Of a stretch of DNA of 64,000 nucleotides, positions 18,944 through 30,950 are shown piece after piece. The stretch spans positions 672,001-736,000 of the forward strand of contig CBDCXM010000009.1 in the NCBI GenBank assembly GCA_965223855.1. Direction: 5' to 3'. The first letter of the stretch is position 1; every line of letters starts with the position of its first letter. The position numbers were made by a program, and so were the translations under genes. The stretch is from Candidatus Multivoradales bacterium. Its GTDB lineage: Bacteria; Acidobacteriota; Thermoanaerobaculia; Multivoradales; JAHEKO01. The notes beneath the pieces were generated by a model that saw only the letters and a program-made list of their open reading frames with translations, searched no databases and was not told the DNA's origin.

Positions 18944-20687
18944 AGATGGTCCTGGCGATCGGAGCCGCCGCCTCCGAGCCGTGGCCGCCGTGCTCGACGA
19001 ACGCCACCACCACCAGCTCCGCATGTTCGGTCGGCGCGAACGCGGCGAACCAGGCGTGGTCGCGCTGCTCGAACGGCAGATCCTCGCTGCGGGTCCAGGT
19101 GCGCTGCTCCACCACCTGGGCGGTACCGGTCTTGCCGGCCACGGCGACGTGCGGCAGCCGCGCCACGCCGCCGGTGCCTCGCTCCTCGTTGACCACCGCC
19201 CACATGGCGTCCTTCACCGTGTCGAGAATCGCCGGATCGATCTCGATCGTCTCGACCCGCGGAGCGGTACCGGCGATCACGTGCGGTGTCACCAGCCTGC
19301 CGCCGTTGGCGATCGCGGCGATCATCCGGGCCGTCTGCAGCGGCGTGACCAGGATCGGCCCCTGGCCGATCGCGACCGAGACCGTCTCTCCCGGATACCA
19401 CGGTGATCCGCGCTTCGCGAGACTCCACTCGGCATCCGGGATGAGACCGGATTTCTCGCCGGGGATGTCGAAGCCGGTCCTCGAGCCGAGCCCGAACAGA
19501 CGGGAGTAGTGGGCGATCCTGCTGATGCCGAGCTTCATCCCGAGCTGGTAGAAGTAGATGTCGCACGAGCGCTGGATCGCGGTGCGCAGGTTGACCCAGC
19601 CGTGGCCGCTGCGAAGCCAGCAGCGAGTGCGCCTGTTGTAGATCTTCGTATGGCCGGCGCAGTAGACCGAGTCGCGCTCGCTGACCACCCGCTCGGCGAG
19701 ACCGGCGGCCGCCACCAGCACCTTGAACACCGATCCGGGCGCGTGCGCGTTCTGCACCGCGCGGTTCTGAAGCGGCTGGTGCGGTGCCTCTATCACCGCC
19801 TGCCACTGCTCGTTGTCGAGCCGCCGCGTGAAGAGGTTCGGGTTGTACGAGGGCGCCGAGACGAGCACCAGCACCTCTCCCGTTCTGGCGTCGAGAGCCA
19901 CCACCGAGCCGACCCGGTCGCCGAGCTGACGCGCCGCCTGCTGCTGCAGCTCGAGATCGAGCGTCAGATCGAGACGTCGACCGGCAACCGCCGCGCGTCG
20001 CCCGTGTTCGTCGCGGGTGCGTCCGAACGAGTCGACCACCAGCTCCCGCTCGCCGTCCTCGCCTCGAAGGCGACCGTCGAACGCGCGCTCGACCCCCTTG
20101 CGACCGACGAGATCGCCGGCGCGGTAGGCGCCGTCGGCCCGGGTCAGATCGGCCTCGGTCGCCTCGCCCAGATAGCCGAGCGCATGAGCGGTGATCTCTC
20201 CCTGGCGGTAGAGGCGCAGATGCTCGATCTGGATCTCGAACTCCGGGTGCTCGAGCTCCGCGACGCCGAAGCGGGCCACCTCGGCCAGCGACAGGTTCTC
20301 TGCCAGCAGCACCGGTTTGAAGCGCGAGCTCCCCTCGCTGCGCGCGACCGCCTCGTCGAGCTCGGAGCGTTCGAGCTCGAGCGTTCGCGCCGCGAAGTCG
20401 AGCGCGAGGTCGAGATCGGCGGTGACGCTGCGATCGAGCAGCAGGTTGTAGCTCGGTACGTTGTCGACCAGCAGCCGACCATGACGGTCGTAGATCAGTC
20501 CACGCGGAGCCTGGATCGGTGATCGGCGCAGCCTGTTGTTCTCGGCCAGCTCGCGGTAGTAGTCCCCCTGCACCACCTGAACCCGCCAGTACGCCGTCGC
20601 GATCACCACCAGCAGCACCATGCAGGCGATCTGCAGCATCGGCACCCTCGAGACGAGGTCGTCGCGTTGCTCCCGAACTCTCTTCAT
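18909..20687 (-). CDS. mrdA: Penicillin-binding protein 2
   Basis: APRGLIYDRHG, SxxK (GSVFK), SCD, KTGTAQ; start at ATG 20687. Confidence 0.95.
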   Translation of the reverse strand: MKRVREQRDDLVSRVPMLQIACMVLLVVIATAYWRVQVVQGDYYRELAENNRLRRSPIQAPRGLIYDRHGRLLVDNVPSYNLLLDRSVTADLDLALDFAARTLELERSELDEAVARSEGSSRFKPVLLAENLSLAEVARFGVAELEHPEFEIQIEHLRLYRQGEITAHALGYLGEATEADLTRADGAYRAGDLVGRKGVERAFDGRLRGEDGERELVVDSFGRTRDEHGRRAAVAGRRLDLTLDLELQQQAARQLGDRVGSVVALDARTGEVLVLVSAPSYNPNLFTRRLDNEQWQAVIEAPHQPLQNRAVQNAHAPGSVFKVLVAAAGLAERVVSERDSVYCAGHTKIYNRRTRCWLRSGHGWVNLRTAIQRSCDIYFYQLGMKLGISRIAHYSRLFGLGSRTGFDIPGEKSGLIPDAEWSLAKRGSPWYPGETVSVAIGQGPILVTPLQTARMIAAIANGGRLVTPHVIAGTAPRVETIEIDPAILDTVKDAMWAVVNEERGTGGVARLPHVAVAGKTGTAQVVEQRTWTRSEDLPFEQRDHAWFAAFAPTEHAELVVVAFVEHGGHGSEAAAPIARTIYETYFDDPDAG

Positions 20688-20691
20688 CGTC

Positions 20692-21210
20692 TCAGTCCAA
20701 CCTGATCCTCGTGCGACGGGTGCGCTTCCACAGATCGACCCGGCTGCTGAGCCGCTGCCGGACGGCGAAGAGCGCCGCTCCCAGCAAGCCCGTGACGGCG
20801 ATCCGCGTCGCCACCCAGGGCATGGCGGGCACCTCCGGGCCGACGGAAAGCAGCCCCGAAAGGCCGAGCACCAGCAGCTGCTGGGCTGTCGCCACGAGAG
20901 CGAACAGCCACGCCGCACCGGACGGCCTCTGAATGACGACGCGCTGCACCGCGAAGGCGGTGCCGTAGCCGAGAATCGTATCAACGGCCCCGAAGAGGCC
21001 GAACGGCGAGCCGTACACTGCATCGGTCATCCAGCCCGCCGCGAGGCCTCCCGCCAGACCCGCAAGGGTGTTGCCGTCGAGGGAGTTGAAGATGGCGACG
21101 AGCAGGAAGAGATCGACGGCCACCGACCACGAGTCGAACCAGCGCACCGCGACCGTGTGCAGGACGAGCGCGGCCAGCAGGGCTGCGACGAACTTCGCCA
21201 GCCGCCTCAC
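20692..21210 (-). CDS. mreD: Rod shape-determining protein MreD
   Basis: Hydrophobic ~172 aa between mreC and mrdA; GTGA overlap with the mreC stop. Confidence 0.8.
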   Translation of the reverse strand: MRRLAKFVAALLAALVLHTVAVRWFDSWSVAVDLFLLVAIFNSLDGNTLAGLAGGLAAGWMTDAVYGSPFGLFGAVDTILGYGTAFAVQRVVIQRPSGAAWLFALVATAQQLLVLGLSGLLSVGPEVPAMPWVATRIAVTGLLGAALFAVRQRLSSRVDLWKRTRRTRIRLD

Positions 21211-22055
21211 GGTGTCGGTGTCTCCGACGGCGCACCAAGGTCGCGCAGGCTCTCGTCGAGCACCTGCACATCGAGCAGGTAGGCATGATCGATCGCCCCG
21301 AAATCGGCGGCCGGAGTCACCGTCACCTCGAAGAACAACTCGCTGCCCGGCTCGACGGCGGTGACGGTGCCGATCGTCAGCCCGCGGGGGTAGACGCCGT
21401 CGATCCCCGCCGTGACGAGCCGGTCGCCGACCGCCAGATCCGCCTGCAACGGAATGAAATCGAGCACCAGACCGCCGCCCTCTCCGCGCACGACCCCCTG
21501 CCGGCGGGTGCGCTCGACCATCGCACCGACCGCCGCCGACCGGTCGGTGATGAGCTGCACCCGGGCATAGCTGCCGCTCGTCGAGACGACGCGCCCGACA
21601 AGCCCGTCGGCGGTCACCACCGGCTGGTTCGGCACCGCCGTCGTCTCCGGGACCTTGAGCCACAGCCCCTTCATCCACGAGCCACGATCGAGGTAGATCA
21701 CGTCGGCCAGCCGCACCTCGACCGCGCCCGAACGCTCGTACTCGACGGCGCCGCGCAATCGCTCGAGGTCGGCCGCCAGACCCTGCTGCCGCACCGCTTC
21801 CCGGCGCAGCGCTTCGGTGAGCTCACGCAAACGCTCGTTCTCCGCCAGCAGGCGCTGGCGCGTGGTCAACGCGACGGCGCGACCGGCGACCCAGTCGGCA
21901 ACGCCGTCGACCACCGCCGCGAACGGCGCCACCGCACCGAGCACGCCACCGGTCAGGACGCTGCGCTCTCCGCTGCCCGGCACCTGCGCCGACAGCAGCA
22001 GGAGCTGGATGACGACGACCAGCACCAGCACCCAGAGGGTGCGTCGCTCGGTCAA
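21207..22055 (-). CDS. mreC: Rod shape-determining protein MreC
   Basis: TM helix, coiled coil (ENERLR), GLVGRV, TAGIDGVYPRGLTIG. Confidence 0.92.
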   Translation of the reverse strand: MTERRTLWVLVLVVVIQLLLLSAQVPGSGERSVLTGGVLGAVAPFAAVVDGVADWVAGRAVALTTRQRLLAENERLRELTEALRREAVRQQGLAADLERLRGAVEYERSGAVEVRLADVIYLDRGSWMKGLWLKVPETTAVPNQPVVTADGLVGRVVSTSGSYARVQLITDRSAAVGAMVERTRRQGVVRGEGGGLVLDFIPLQADLAVGDRLVTAGIDGVYPRGLTIGTVTAVEPGSELFFEVTVTPAADFGAIDHAYLLDVQVLDESLRDLGAPSETPTP

Positions 22056-22149
22056 GCTCCCACCTCACCGAGACACGCGGGCAGCGGCCGCGCGCCGCCG
22101 GGCGGAGGGAGGTTCGCCACCATGCGCTCCCGCCAGCCTCGCCGCCTGA

Positions 22150-23178
<1,029 letters not shown>

Positions 23179-24390
23179 CTAGAGGGCCTCGGCGGTTGAT
23201 TCTTCGTCAGCGGGTTCGGGCGGCGCCGGCGCCACGACCTGGAAGCGGCGCGGAGTGCTCCACGGCCCGAGCACTCCCTCGGAACCGATCGCCGCGACCC
23301 GCCACACGAAGGTGCCGTCGCCACCCAGTCCGAGCGTCGCCCGCGTCGTGGAGCGGTCGTCGACGTCGATGATGTTGCGCGCGAAGAGCCGGTTGCGCGC
23401 CACCTGCAGAGCATAGCGCTCCGCACCGGGGACCGGCTGCCAGCTCAGCACCACCTGCGCCTCGTCGGTCAGCTCGACCTCCAGGTTGTCTCCCGGATCG
23501 ACCGGCAAAGGCGCCGCGGGCAGCCTGCGCTTCGCTGACAGCGCGTCGCCGGTCTGCACCACCTGCTCCATATGGCGCAGATTGCGGCGCTGTCCGCCGT
23601 TGGAGGCGATATCCATCGTGCCGCTGTAGGTGGCGAAGCGACCGACCCTGCGGGTGCCGTCGTAGGCGACGAGAGCGCTCGAGTCCTCGTTGACCTCGGC
23701 CTTGGCCGCCGGGGTGGCGATCGTGCTCGCCGCCTTCGCCGTGCTGAGGTTGACCCAGCCGTAGTCGATGGAGATCGAGCGCTGTGTGCGGGTGCCGCCG
23801 AGCCCCGTGGTGCGGCCGATGAGGATCACCGTGTCCTCACGCACCGTGTAGACCGTGCCGTCGATCCCCATGATCTCGGCCGTGCCGCTCGATGCCGTCT
23901 TGACGTAGTCGCCGGCGTAGAGCACTCCGCGACTGAAGGCGCGCTGCCATTCACCACGCTCGCCGCGACGGAAGTCCACACCTCCTTCGACGGCGATGAA
24001 CTGCGCCTGGCCACTGCTCTCGGCACGCTCGATCCCGCGCATCACGGCGCCGAGGATCGAACGGCTGCGCTCGGCGCTCTGGAGCGCCGGCTCCCAGCGC
24101 GCCTCTCCGGCGAACTCCTCGGCCGCGCGCAGGCTCGAGCGCGCGCGGGTGTACTCGTCGCCGTACTCGGCGAGTGCGCGGTGCTCGCGCACGCTCGCCA
24201 GCAGGCCGCGCGCTTCGTGAAGCACCCGCTGGTACTTGCCACGCTGGTAGCGGCTCTCGATCTCGTCCCACCCCTTCCAGGTGAGGAACAGTCCGACGAC
24301 GATCGCGACGAGGATCAGCGCCCCGCGGACGGTGTCGACGTCGATCTGGTACCAGTCTCTCTGCCAGCGATCCCGAGAGCGAGGAGCCAC
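23179..24390 (-). CDS. Membrane-anchored FecR-domain protein with C-terminal FN3-like domain
   Basis: N-terminal TM; FecR-like LYAGDYVKT...TPAAKAEV; C-terminal LSWQPVPGAERYALQV...WRVAAI...GPWS. Confidence 0.7.
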   Translation of the reverse strand: MAPRSRDRWQRDWYQIDVDTVRGALILVAIVVGLFLTWKGWDEIESRYQRGKYQRVLHEARGLLASVREHRALAEYGDEYTRARSSLRAAEEFAGEARWEPALQSAERSRSILGAVMRGIERAESSGQAQFIAVEGGVDFRRGERGEWQRAFSRGVLYAGDYVKTASSGTAEIMGIDGTVYTVREDTVILIGRTTGLGGTRTQRSISIDYGWVNLSTAKAASTIATPAAKAEVNEDSSALVAYDGTRRVGRFATYSGTMDIASNGGQRRNLRHMEQVVQTGDALSAKRRLPAAPLPVDPGDNLEVELTDEAQVVLSWQPVPGAERYALQVARNRLFARNIIDVDDRSTTRATLGLGGDGTFVWRVAAIGSEGVLGPWSTPRRFQVVAPAPPEPADEESTAEAL

Positions 24391-24598
24391 TCTCCACCCC
24401 TTCTAGTCAAGGTGCGGCAATATAGCACAACGCCTTGATTCATCGATGTTTGCGGCGATTCGCCCGGCTCGGGCGAACCTTGCCGCCCCCAGCGGCCCCC
24501 TGCTAGAGTTCACCCCCTTTCGGGGCCGCCCGAGTGGTGGGACCGCGCCCCGCCAGATGCCCCGGTCAACAGCCGGTCCCTCGACGGAGTTTCCCGCC

Positions 24599-26536
24599 AT
24601 GCTGCAAGTTTTCCGCGACAATCTGAAGTACCTCAGCTGGGTTCTGTGGGGTGTCATCCTGGTGTTCGTCCTGTTCTCGTTCACCGACTTCGGCACTCAG
24701 CAGTTCACACCCGGCGCTCCCGCCAACACCGCCGCTACCGTCGGCGACCTCGACGTCAGCTACCGCGAGTTCCAGGACGCCTACCAGCGGGCCGAGCGGC
24801 GCTACCGCGAAGACTTCGGCGATCAGTTCTCGACCGAGCTCGCCAACCAGCTCGGACTGCCGCTTCAGGTGCTCAACGGGCTCGTCGACCAGCGCATCCT
24901 CCAGCAGGAAGCGGACCGAATCGGCCTCGTCGTCACCGACCGGGAGCTGCAGAAGGCGATCCTCGAGATTCCGGTGTTTCAGGAGGACGGCGTGTTCGTG
25001 GGCCAGGATGCCTACCGCAACATCCTCGCCAGCAACCGGATGCGGCCCGAGGAGTTCGAGGGCATGCTGCGGCGCGATCTCGTGACCGACAAGGTGCGCG
25101 CGGCCCTGACCGGGAGCGTCTACGTCTCGCCGGAGGAGGTCGAGGAGGCCTTCCGGGAGGAGGCGGAGACCGCGACGATCCGCTTCGTGCGGCTGCCCTC
25201 GAGCCGGTTCGCCGCCGAGGTGGAGGTCGACGACAGCGCTCTCGCCGACTATTTCTCCGCCTCCGGCGACGCCTACCGGCTGCCGGAGCGCCGCGTCGTC
25301 GACTACCTGATGGTGTCGCCGACGGGCCTCGCCGACCAGGTGACGGTGAGCGACGAAGAAGTGAGGACGTACTACGAGGACAACCTGGCGCTCTTCGAAC
25401 GTGAAGAGCAGGTCCGGGCGCGGCACATCCTGGTGCGAACCGGCGCCGACCGCACGGTGGAGCAGGCGAAGGAGCAGGCGGCAACGATCCGCGGCCGCAT
25501 CGAAGCTGGGGAGGATTTCGCGGCGCTGGCGGCTGAGCTGTCCGACGACCCCGGAAGCAAGGACAAGGGAGGGGACCTCGGCTTTTTCGGCCGCGGCGCC
25601 ATGGTCAAGCCGTTCGAGGACGCCGCCTTCGCCGCCGAGCTCGGCGATCTCGTCGGGCCGGTCGAGTCGACCCACGGCGTCCACCTGATCCAGGTGCAGG
25701 CGAAACGTCCCGGCGGCGCGCAGCCTCTGGACGAGGTCGAGACGGGGATCCGAGCCCGCCTCGTCGACGAGCGATCCCGCGAACTGGCCGCAAGCTCCGC
25801 TCGTGAGCTCGCCGCCGCCATCGGTTCCGAGATCGGCGACACTGCGGCGCTCGAGGCGCTGGCCGCCGATCGACCGGGCACCACCCTGGTCTCGACGCCG
25901 CCCTTCTCCCGCGACGACAACGTGCAGGGGATCGGTCGCGCGACCGATTTCTCCTCGCGCGCGTTCGAGCAGCCGATCGGCGAGCTGTCCGAGCCGATCG
26001 AGGTAGCCCGCGGTTGGGCGCTGGCGGTGGTGCGCAAGATTCAGCCGCCACGGATGCCGGAGCTCGACGAGGTCCGCCAGCGGGTGACGACCGACTACCG
26101 GCGCGAGCGTCAGCTCGAGATCGCCCGCGAACGACTCGCCGCGGCGCTGGCAGCCGAAGGCTCCGACCTCGACTCGGTCGCCGCGACCTTCGAGGTGACG
26201 CCCGAGGAAGCCGGCCCGTTCGGCGCCGAAGGGACGGTCGGCCCGCTCGGCCGGGCGGCCGAGGTCGCCCGCAGAGCGCTCCAGCTCGAGACGGGCGACC
26301 TGAGCGAGGCGATCGTGCGTGACAACGAGGTCGTCGCCTTCGAGGTGACGGAGCGGACCCACTTCGATCCGGTGGCCTTCGAGCGCGACAAGGACACGTT
26401 GCGCACCCGGCTCGAGAACCAGCGGGCCGGTGAGGTGCTTCAGAGCTTCCTCAACCGCCGGCGCGAGGAACTCGACGTCACCTTCGATCCGCAGGTGCTG
26501 GCCGCTTTCGGCCCCGACTCCGGCAGCGCCTCGTGA
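24599..26536 (+). CDS. Peptidyl-prolyl isomerase, PpiD/SurA N-terminal family
   Basis: N-terminal TM, parvulin domain VRARHIL...SDDPGSKDKGGDLG...MVKPFEDAAF...GVHLI. Confidence 0.9.
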   Translation: MLQVFRDNLKYLSWVLWGVILVFVLFSFTDFGTQQFTPGAPANTAATVGDLDVSYREFQDAYQRAERRYREDFGDQFSTELANQLGLPLQVLNGLVDQRILQQEADRIGLVVTDRELQKAILEIPVFQEDGVFVGQDAYRNILASNRMRPEEFEGMLRRDLVTDKVRAALTGSVYVSPEEVEEAFREEAETATIRFVRLPSSRFAAEVEVDDSALADYFSASGDAYRLPERRVVDYLMVSPTGLADQVTVSDEEVRTYYEDNLALFEREEQVRARHILVRTGADRTVEQAKEQAATIRGRIEAGEDFAALAAELSDDPGSKDKGGDLGFFGRGAMVKPFEDAAFAAELGDLVGPVESTHGVHLIQVQAKRPGGAQPLDEVETGIRARLVDERSRELAASSARELAAAIGSEIGDTAALEALAADRPGTTLVSTPPFSRDDNVQGIGRATDFSSRAFEQPIGELSEPIEVARGWALAVVRKIQPPRMPELDEVRQRVTTDYRRERQLEIARERLAAALAAEGSDLDSVAATFEVTPEEAGPFGAEGTVGPLGRAAEVARRALQLETGDLSEAIVRDNEVVAFEVTERTHFDPVAFERDKDTLRTRLENQRAGEVLQSFLNRRREELDVTFDPQVLAAFGPDSGSAS

Positions 26537-26543
26537 TCGCGCG

Positions 26544-27803
26544 GTGAGCGGCGACCCCCCGATCTCGAAGCCCCAGACCTCGAAGGCGGAGACGCCAGGC
26601 CCGGGGACCCGAGGAGCGGGGACCCCAGAATCGGGGTCTTCGAGCCCGGCGACACGCGCGGTGCATGCCGGAGAGCGGCAGCGACCGCGGCACGAGCCGG
26701 CCGCGGTACCGATCTACCAGACCGCTCCGTTCGCCTTCGACTCCTCCGCGGCGCTCGACGCCGGGTTTCACCAGCCGGACCAGCAGGCGCTCTACACCCG
26801 CTACGGCAACCCGAGCCTGCGCGTCGTCGAGGAGAAGCTGGCGGCACTCGAAGGGGCCGAAGACGCGATCGCCTTCGCCTCCGGCATGGCGGCGATCACC
26901 GCGACGCTGTCGACCGTTCTGCACTCGGGTGACCGCCTGCTGGCCGCCGCCGACCTCTATGGCGGCACCTCCGGCTGGCTCGAGTGGCTGGTCGAGCGCC
27001 ATCCCGACGTCGGCATCGACCGGGTGCCGCTCGATGAGCTCGTCGAGCGCCTCGAGGCCGGTCCGGCTGCCGGAACGAAACTCGTCTACCTCGAGACCCC
27101 GACCAACCCGCTGCTTCGCACCTGCGATCTGAAGCAGGTGGGCGAACTGTGCCGTCGCCACGCTCTGCCGTGGATGATCGACAACACGTTCGCCACGCCG
27201 ATCCTGCAGCGACCGATCGAACACGGCGCGTCCTACGTCGTCCACAGCGCCACCAAGTACCTCGCCGGCCACAGCGATCTGGTCGCCGGTCTCGTCGCGG
27301 GCAGCCACGACGACCTCGAGCCGGTGCGGCGGACGCTGCGACTGTCGGGCGGCTGTCTCGACCCGCACGCGGCGTTCCTGCTCGCCCGGGGCATGCGCAC
27401 CCTGGCGCTCAGAGTCGAGCGCCAGTCTTCGACCGCCGCGCACCTGGCAGCGACGCTCGCCGCGCACCCCGGGGTCGACGCGGTCTACTACCCCGGAGAC
27501 GACCCTGTCGCCCGGCACCAGATGAGCGCCGGCGGCGCCATGCTGTCGTTCGAGGTCGCCGGCGGGCTCGAAACGGCCTCCAAACTGCTCGACGCCCTCC
27601 GGCTCTTTCGCCTGATGGCGAGCCTCGGCGGCGTCGAATCGAGCGCCGTGCTGCCGGCGGTCACCTCCCACAAGGGGCTGACCGCCGAGGCGCGCGCGGC
27701 GCTCGGCATCCGCGACGGCCTGGTTCGACTGTCGGTCGGCATCGAGTCGCCGGAAGATCTCGAAGCCGATCTCCTCCAGGCTCTCGAACGGAGCGCCGCG
27801 TGA
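26544..27803 (+). CDS. PLP-dependent trans-sulfuration enzyme (cystathionine gamma-synthase/lyase, Met gamma-lyase family)
   Basis: YTRYGNP, FASGMAA, ETPTNP, DNTFATP, HSATKYLAGHSD, RLSVGIE. Confidence 0.9.
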   Translation: MSGDPPISKPQTSKAETPGPGTRGAGTPESGSSSPATRAVHAGERQRPRHEPAAVPIYQTAPFAFDSSAALDAGFHQPDQQALYTRYGNPSLRVVEEKLAALEGAEDAIAFASGMAAITATLSTVLHSGDRLLAAADLYGGTSGWLEWLVERHPDVGIDRVPLDELVERLEAGPAAGTKLVYLETPTNPLLRTCDLKQVGELCRRHALPWMIDNTFATPILQRPIEHGASYVVHSATKYLAGHSDLVAGLVAGSHDDLEPVRRTLRLSGGCLDPHAAFLLARGMRTLALRVERQSSTAAHLAATLAAHPGVDAVYYPGDDPVARHQMSAGGAMLSFEVAGGLETASKLLDALRLFRLMASLGGVESSAVLPAVTSHKGLTAEARAALGIRDGLVRLSVGIESPEDLEADLLQALERSAA

Positions 27804-28393
27804 TCGGCTTCCTCCGAGGGCGGCTCCACAGCTCGTCGCCCGACGGCCTGATCCTCGACGTCGGGGGCGTCGGCTACCGGGTGCAGGTGCCGATGTCGAC
27901 CTACTACGAGATCGAGCGAGCGGGCAGCGAAGAGGTGGCCCTCCACATCCACACCCACGTGCGCGAGGACGCGATCGAGCTCTACGGCTTCTGGACCGAG
28001 CGCGAACAGCAGCTCTTCGAGAAGGCGATCTCGGTCTCTGGCATCGGCCCCAAGCTGGCGCGGGTGATCCTCTCCGGGATGGCGCCGGCGGACCTGGTGG
28101 CGGCGATCTCCGCCGGCGACATCGCCCGCCTCTCGACCATCCCCGGCATCGGCAAGAAGACCGCCGAGCGGATGGTGCTCGAACTCAAGGACAAGGTGAA
28201 GGCCCTCGCCGCCGAGCTCCCGGAGCCGGTCGCCGAAGCCGGCGGTGACGACGACCTCGTCGGAGCCCTCGTCCACCTCGGCTACAAGGAGAACCAGGCC
28301 CGTCGCGCCGCCGTCGAGACCCGCGAGGCGCACTCCGACGCGGCCTTCCATGACCTGCTGCGGTTGACCCTCAAGAGGCTGTCGAAGGTCTGA
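27800..28393 (+). CDS. ruvA: Holliday junction DNA helicase subunit RuvA
   Basis: MIGFLRG, VGGVGY, HVREDAIELYGF, GIGPKLA, IPGIGKKTAER. Confidence 0.96.
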   Translation: MIGFLRGRLHSSSPDGLILDVGGVGYRVQVPMSTYYEIERAGSEEVALHIHTHVREDAIELYGFWTEREQQLFEKAISVSGIGPKLARVILSGMAPADLVAAISAGDIARLSTIPGIGKKTAERMVLELKDKVKALAAELPEPVAEAGGDDDLVGALVHLGYKENQARRAAVETREAHSDAAFHDLLRLTLKRLSKV

Positions 28394-28441
28394 GACCGCC
28401 GCGGCGGCCTCGTCGTCAACCGCCGGTCGGACACCCGGTCG

Positions 28442-29854
28442 ATGAGAGTCCCCGCACACCTGCTGGCCGCGATCGTCGCGCTGACGTCCGCCTGCGCTCC
28501 ACCCGAGGAGCCGGGACCGTCCGGACAGCGCGGGCAGCCCGGGCGGCCCGAGCCGCCCGGCGACATCGTCCTCATCGGCGTCGACACACTGCGCTTCGAC
28601 CATGTGAGCGCCAACGACCCGGCGAGCCCCGCCACCACGCCGGCGATCGACTCGCTGGCGCGCGACGGCGTGCGCTTCGAGCGGGCGTGGAGCCCGATCT
28701 CCGTGACCGGGCCGGCGTTCGCCAGCCTGCTGACGGGAAGGACCATCGCCGAACACGGCGTGGCCACGAACCTCTTCCGCGGCGGCGCCCCACTCGCGGA
28801 CGAGCAGCTGACCCTCGCGGAAGTGCTGTCGGACGTCGGATATCGCACCGGCGCCTTCGTCTCCGGCTTCACGCTGCGCAGGGAGGTCGGCCTCGACCAG
28901 GGCTTCGCGGTCTACGAGTCGCCCGAGTCGGTCGAGCGCTGGTGGGGAGAGCACACGCTGGGACTCACCCTTCGGTGGCTCGACCGCAACCCCACGCCGG
29001 TCTTCCTCTGGTTCCACTCCTTCGACCCCCACGGCCCGCTCGACCGCTGGCCGGGCCCGGAGGCGCCGGCTGCGGGCTGGACCGTTCGTGAGGACTCTCC
29101 GATCTCCCCCCACCAGCAGATCGACGGCATCGCCGACCCGAGCTTCTACCGCTTCAAGTACGCCCGCGCCGTCGAGGGTGCCGATGCGAACCTCGGCACC
29201 CTGCTCGCCTACCTGAAGCGCACCGGGCGCTACGACAGCGCGCTGATCGCACTGGTGGCGGATCACGGAGAGGGGCTCGACGAGAGGGAGATCTGGTTCG
29301 AACACGGTTCGAACGCCTACGCCGAGCAGCTCCATGTCCCGCTGATCGTCAAGCTGCCGCACAACCGCGAGGCCGGCAGCACGAGACGGGTCGACGTTTC
29401 GACCGTCGGTCTGGCGCGGACGCTGCTCGAAGAATCGGGAATCACACCGCCCGACTCGTTCGGCAACCGCAACCTGCTCCGGACCGCCGGGTCGATCCAG
29501 CTGGGGGAGTCGAGCCACTGCAAGCCGTCGCTGGCGATCGACTGCTTCCCTGGAGGCGCGGCCGGCAAGATCTTCGTCGTGCGAGATGCCGACACGACCC
29601 TGCTGAGAAAGTCCCTGCGCTCCGGATCCCGGCTCGAGATCTACGATCGACGCAACGACCCCCGCGAGCTCTCGGCGACGAGAGTCCTCGAGGGCCCGGC
29701 CGATGGCGTTGCGCAAGTCGACGGATCGGTCCTCGAGAACGTGCTTCGCGGTGTCGTTCGCGAGCGGCTGGCCGAACAGGGGGATCAGCCTCCGGCAGCC
29801 GAGACCGACGAGGCGACCCTCGAGCTCCTCCGATCCCTCGGTTACGTGAACTAG
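28442..29854 (+). CDS. Sulfatase-like (alkaline phosphatase superfamily) lipoprotein
   Basis: Lipobox TSAC; [34 protein letters not shown]; C-terminal LRSLGYV. Confidence 0.85.
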   Translation: MRVPAHLLAAIVALTSACAPPEEPGPSGQRGQPGRPEPPGDIVLIGVDTLRFDHVSANDPASPATTPAIDSLARDGVRFERAWSPISVTGPAFASLLTGRTIAEHGVATNLFRGGAPLADEQLTLAEVLSDVGYRTGAFVSGFTLRREVGLDQGFAVYESPESVERWWGEHTLGLTLRWLDRNPTPVFLWFHSFDPHGPLDRWPGPEAPAAGWTVREDSPISPHQQIDGIADPSFYRFKYARAVEGADANLGTLLAYLKRTGRYDSALIALVADHGEGLDEREIWFEHGSNAYAEQLHVPLIVKLPHNREAGSTRRVDVSTVGLARTLLEESGITPPDSFGNRNLLRTAGSIQLGESSHCKPSLAIDCFPGGAAGKIFVVRDADTTLLRKSLRSGSRLEIYDRRNDPRELSATRVLEGPADGVAQVDGSVLENVLRGVVRERLAEQGDQPPAAETDEATLELLRSLGYVN

Positions 29855-29915
29855 GTCCCCGGGCACCCCCACACCGCGGGATCCCTGTCGCCGCGACGGC
29901 CGCTACAATGCCGCG

Positions 29916-30941
29916 GTGACGATCGAACGCCAGCTGCTCTCGGGGGCGGCGCACGACGAGGAGCTCGGATTCGAGGCTTCGCTGCGACCGAAGACGCTCG
30001 ACGAGTACATCGGCCAGGACAAGGTCGTCGAGAAAATGCGGCTTTTCATCCAGGCCGCTCGCGAGCGCGGCGAAGCGCTCGACCATGTCCTGCTGTTCGG
30101 CCCTCCCGGGCTCGGCAAGACGACGCTCGCCCACATCATCGCCAACGAGATGGAGGCGCCGTTGGGAGCCACTTCGGGGCCGGTGCTCGAGCGGCCGGGA
30201 GATCTGGCGGCGATTCTCACCAACATGGAGCCCGCGCAGGTTCAGTTCATCGACGAGATCCATCGTCTCGGCCCCACCGTCGAGGAGATCCTCTACCCGG
30301 CGCTCGAGGACTTCCATCTCGACATCGTGCTCGGCCAGGGACCGGCGGCGAGGACGATGAAGATCGACCTGCCTCGCTTCACCCTCGTCGGAGCGACGAC
30401 CCGAGCTGGCCTGATCACGGCCCCTCTCAGGGCGCGCTTCGGCATCGTCCACCGGCTCGACTTCTACCAGCCCGAGGCTCTGGCACAGATCGTCCATCGC
30501 TCCGCCAGGCTCCTCGGCGTCGCCGTCGACGAGGCGGGGGCGCTCGAGATCGCCCGTCGCAGCCGCGGCACGCCGCGCGTCGCCAACCGGTTGTTGCGGC
30601 GGGTGCGCGACTACGCCCAGGTGCACACCGACGACCGGATCGACCACGATTCCGCCCGCAAGGCGCTCGAGCTGCTCGAAGTCGACGAGTACGGCTTCGA
30701 CGAGGTCGATCGCAAGATTCTCGGCACACTGATCGAGCACTACCAGGGTGGGCCCGCCGGCATCCAGGCGCTGGCGGCGGCGGTCGGCGAGGATCGCGGC
30801 ACGCTCGAGGACCTCTACGAGCCCTACCTGATCCAGGAAGGCTTCCTGCAGCGCACCCCGCGCGGCCGGGTGGCGACTCATCGCGCCTACGAGCACCTCG
30901 GCGTGCAGCCGCCTCCGGGCACCTCCGGTCGCCTCTTCTAG
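29916..30941 (+). CDS. ruvB: Holliday junction DNA helicase RuvB
   Basis: [43 protein letters not shown]. Confidence 0.98.
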   Translation: MTIERQLLSGAAHDEELGFEASLRPKTLDEYIGQDKVVEKMRLFIQAARERGEALDHVLLFGPPGLGKTTLAHIIANEMEAPLGATSGPVLERPGDLAAILTNMEPAQVQFIDEIHRLGPTVEEILYPALEDFHLDIVLGQGPAARTMKIDLPRFTLVGATTRAGLITAPLRARFGIVHRLDFYQPEALAQIVHRSARLLGVAVDEAGALEIARRSRGTPRVANRLLRRVRDYAQVHTDDRIDHDSARKALELLEVDEYGFDEVDRKILGTLIEHYQGGPAGIQALAAAVGEDRGTLEDLYEPYLIQEGFLQRTPRGRVATHRAYEHLGVQPPPGTSGRLF

Positions 30942-30950
30942 CCCGTCCCC

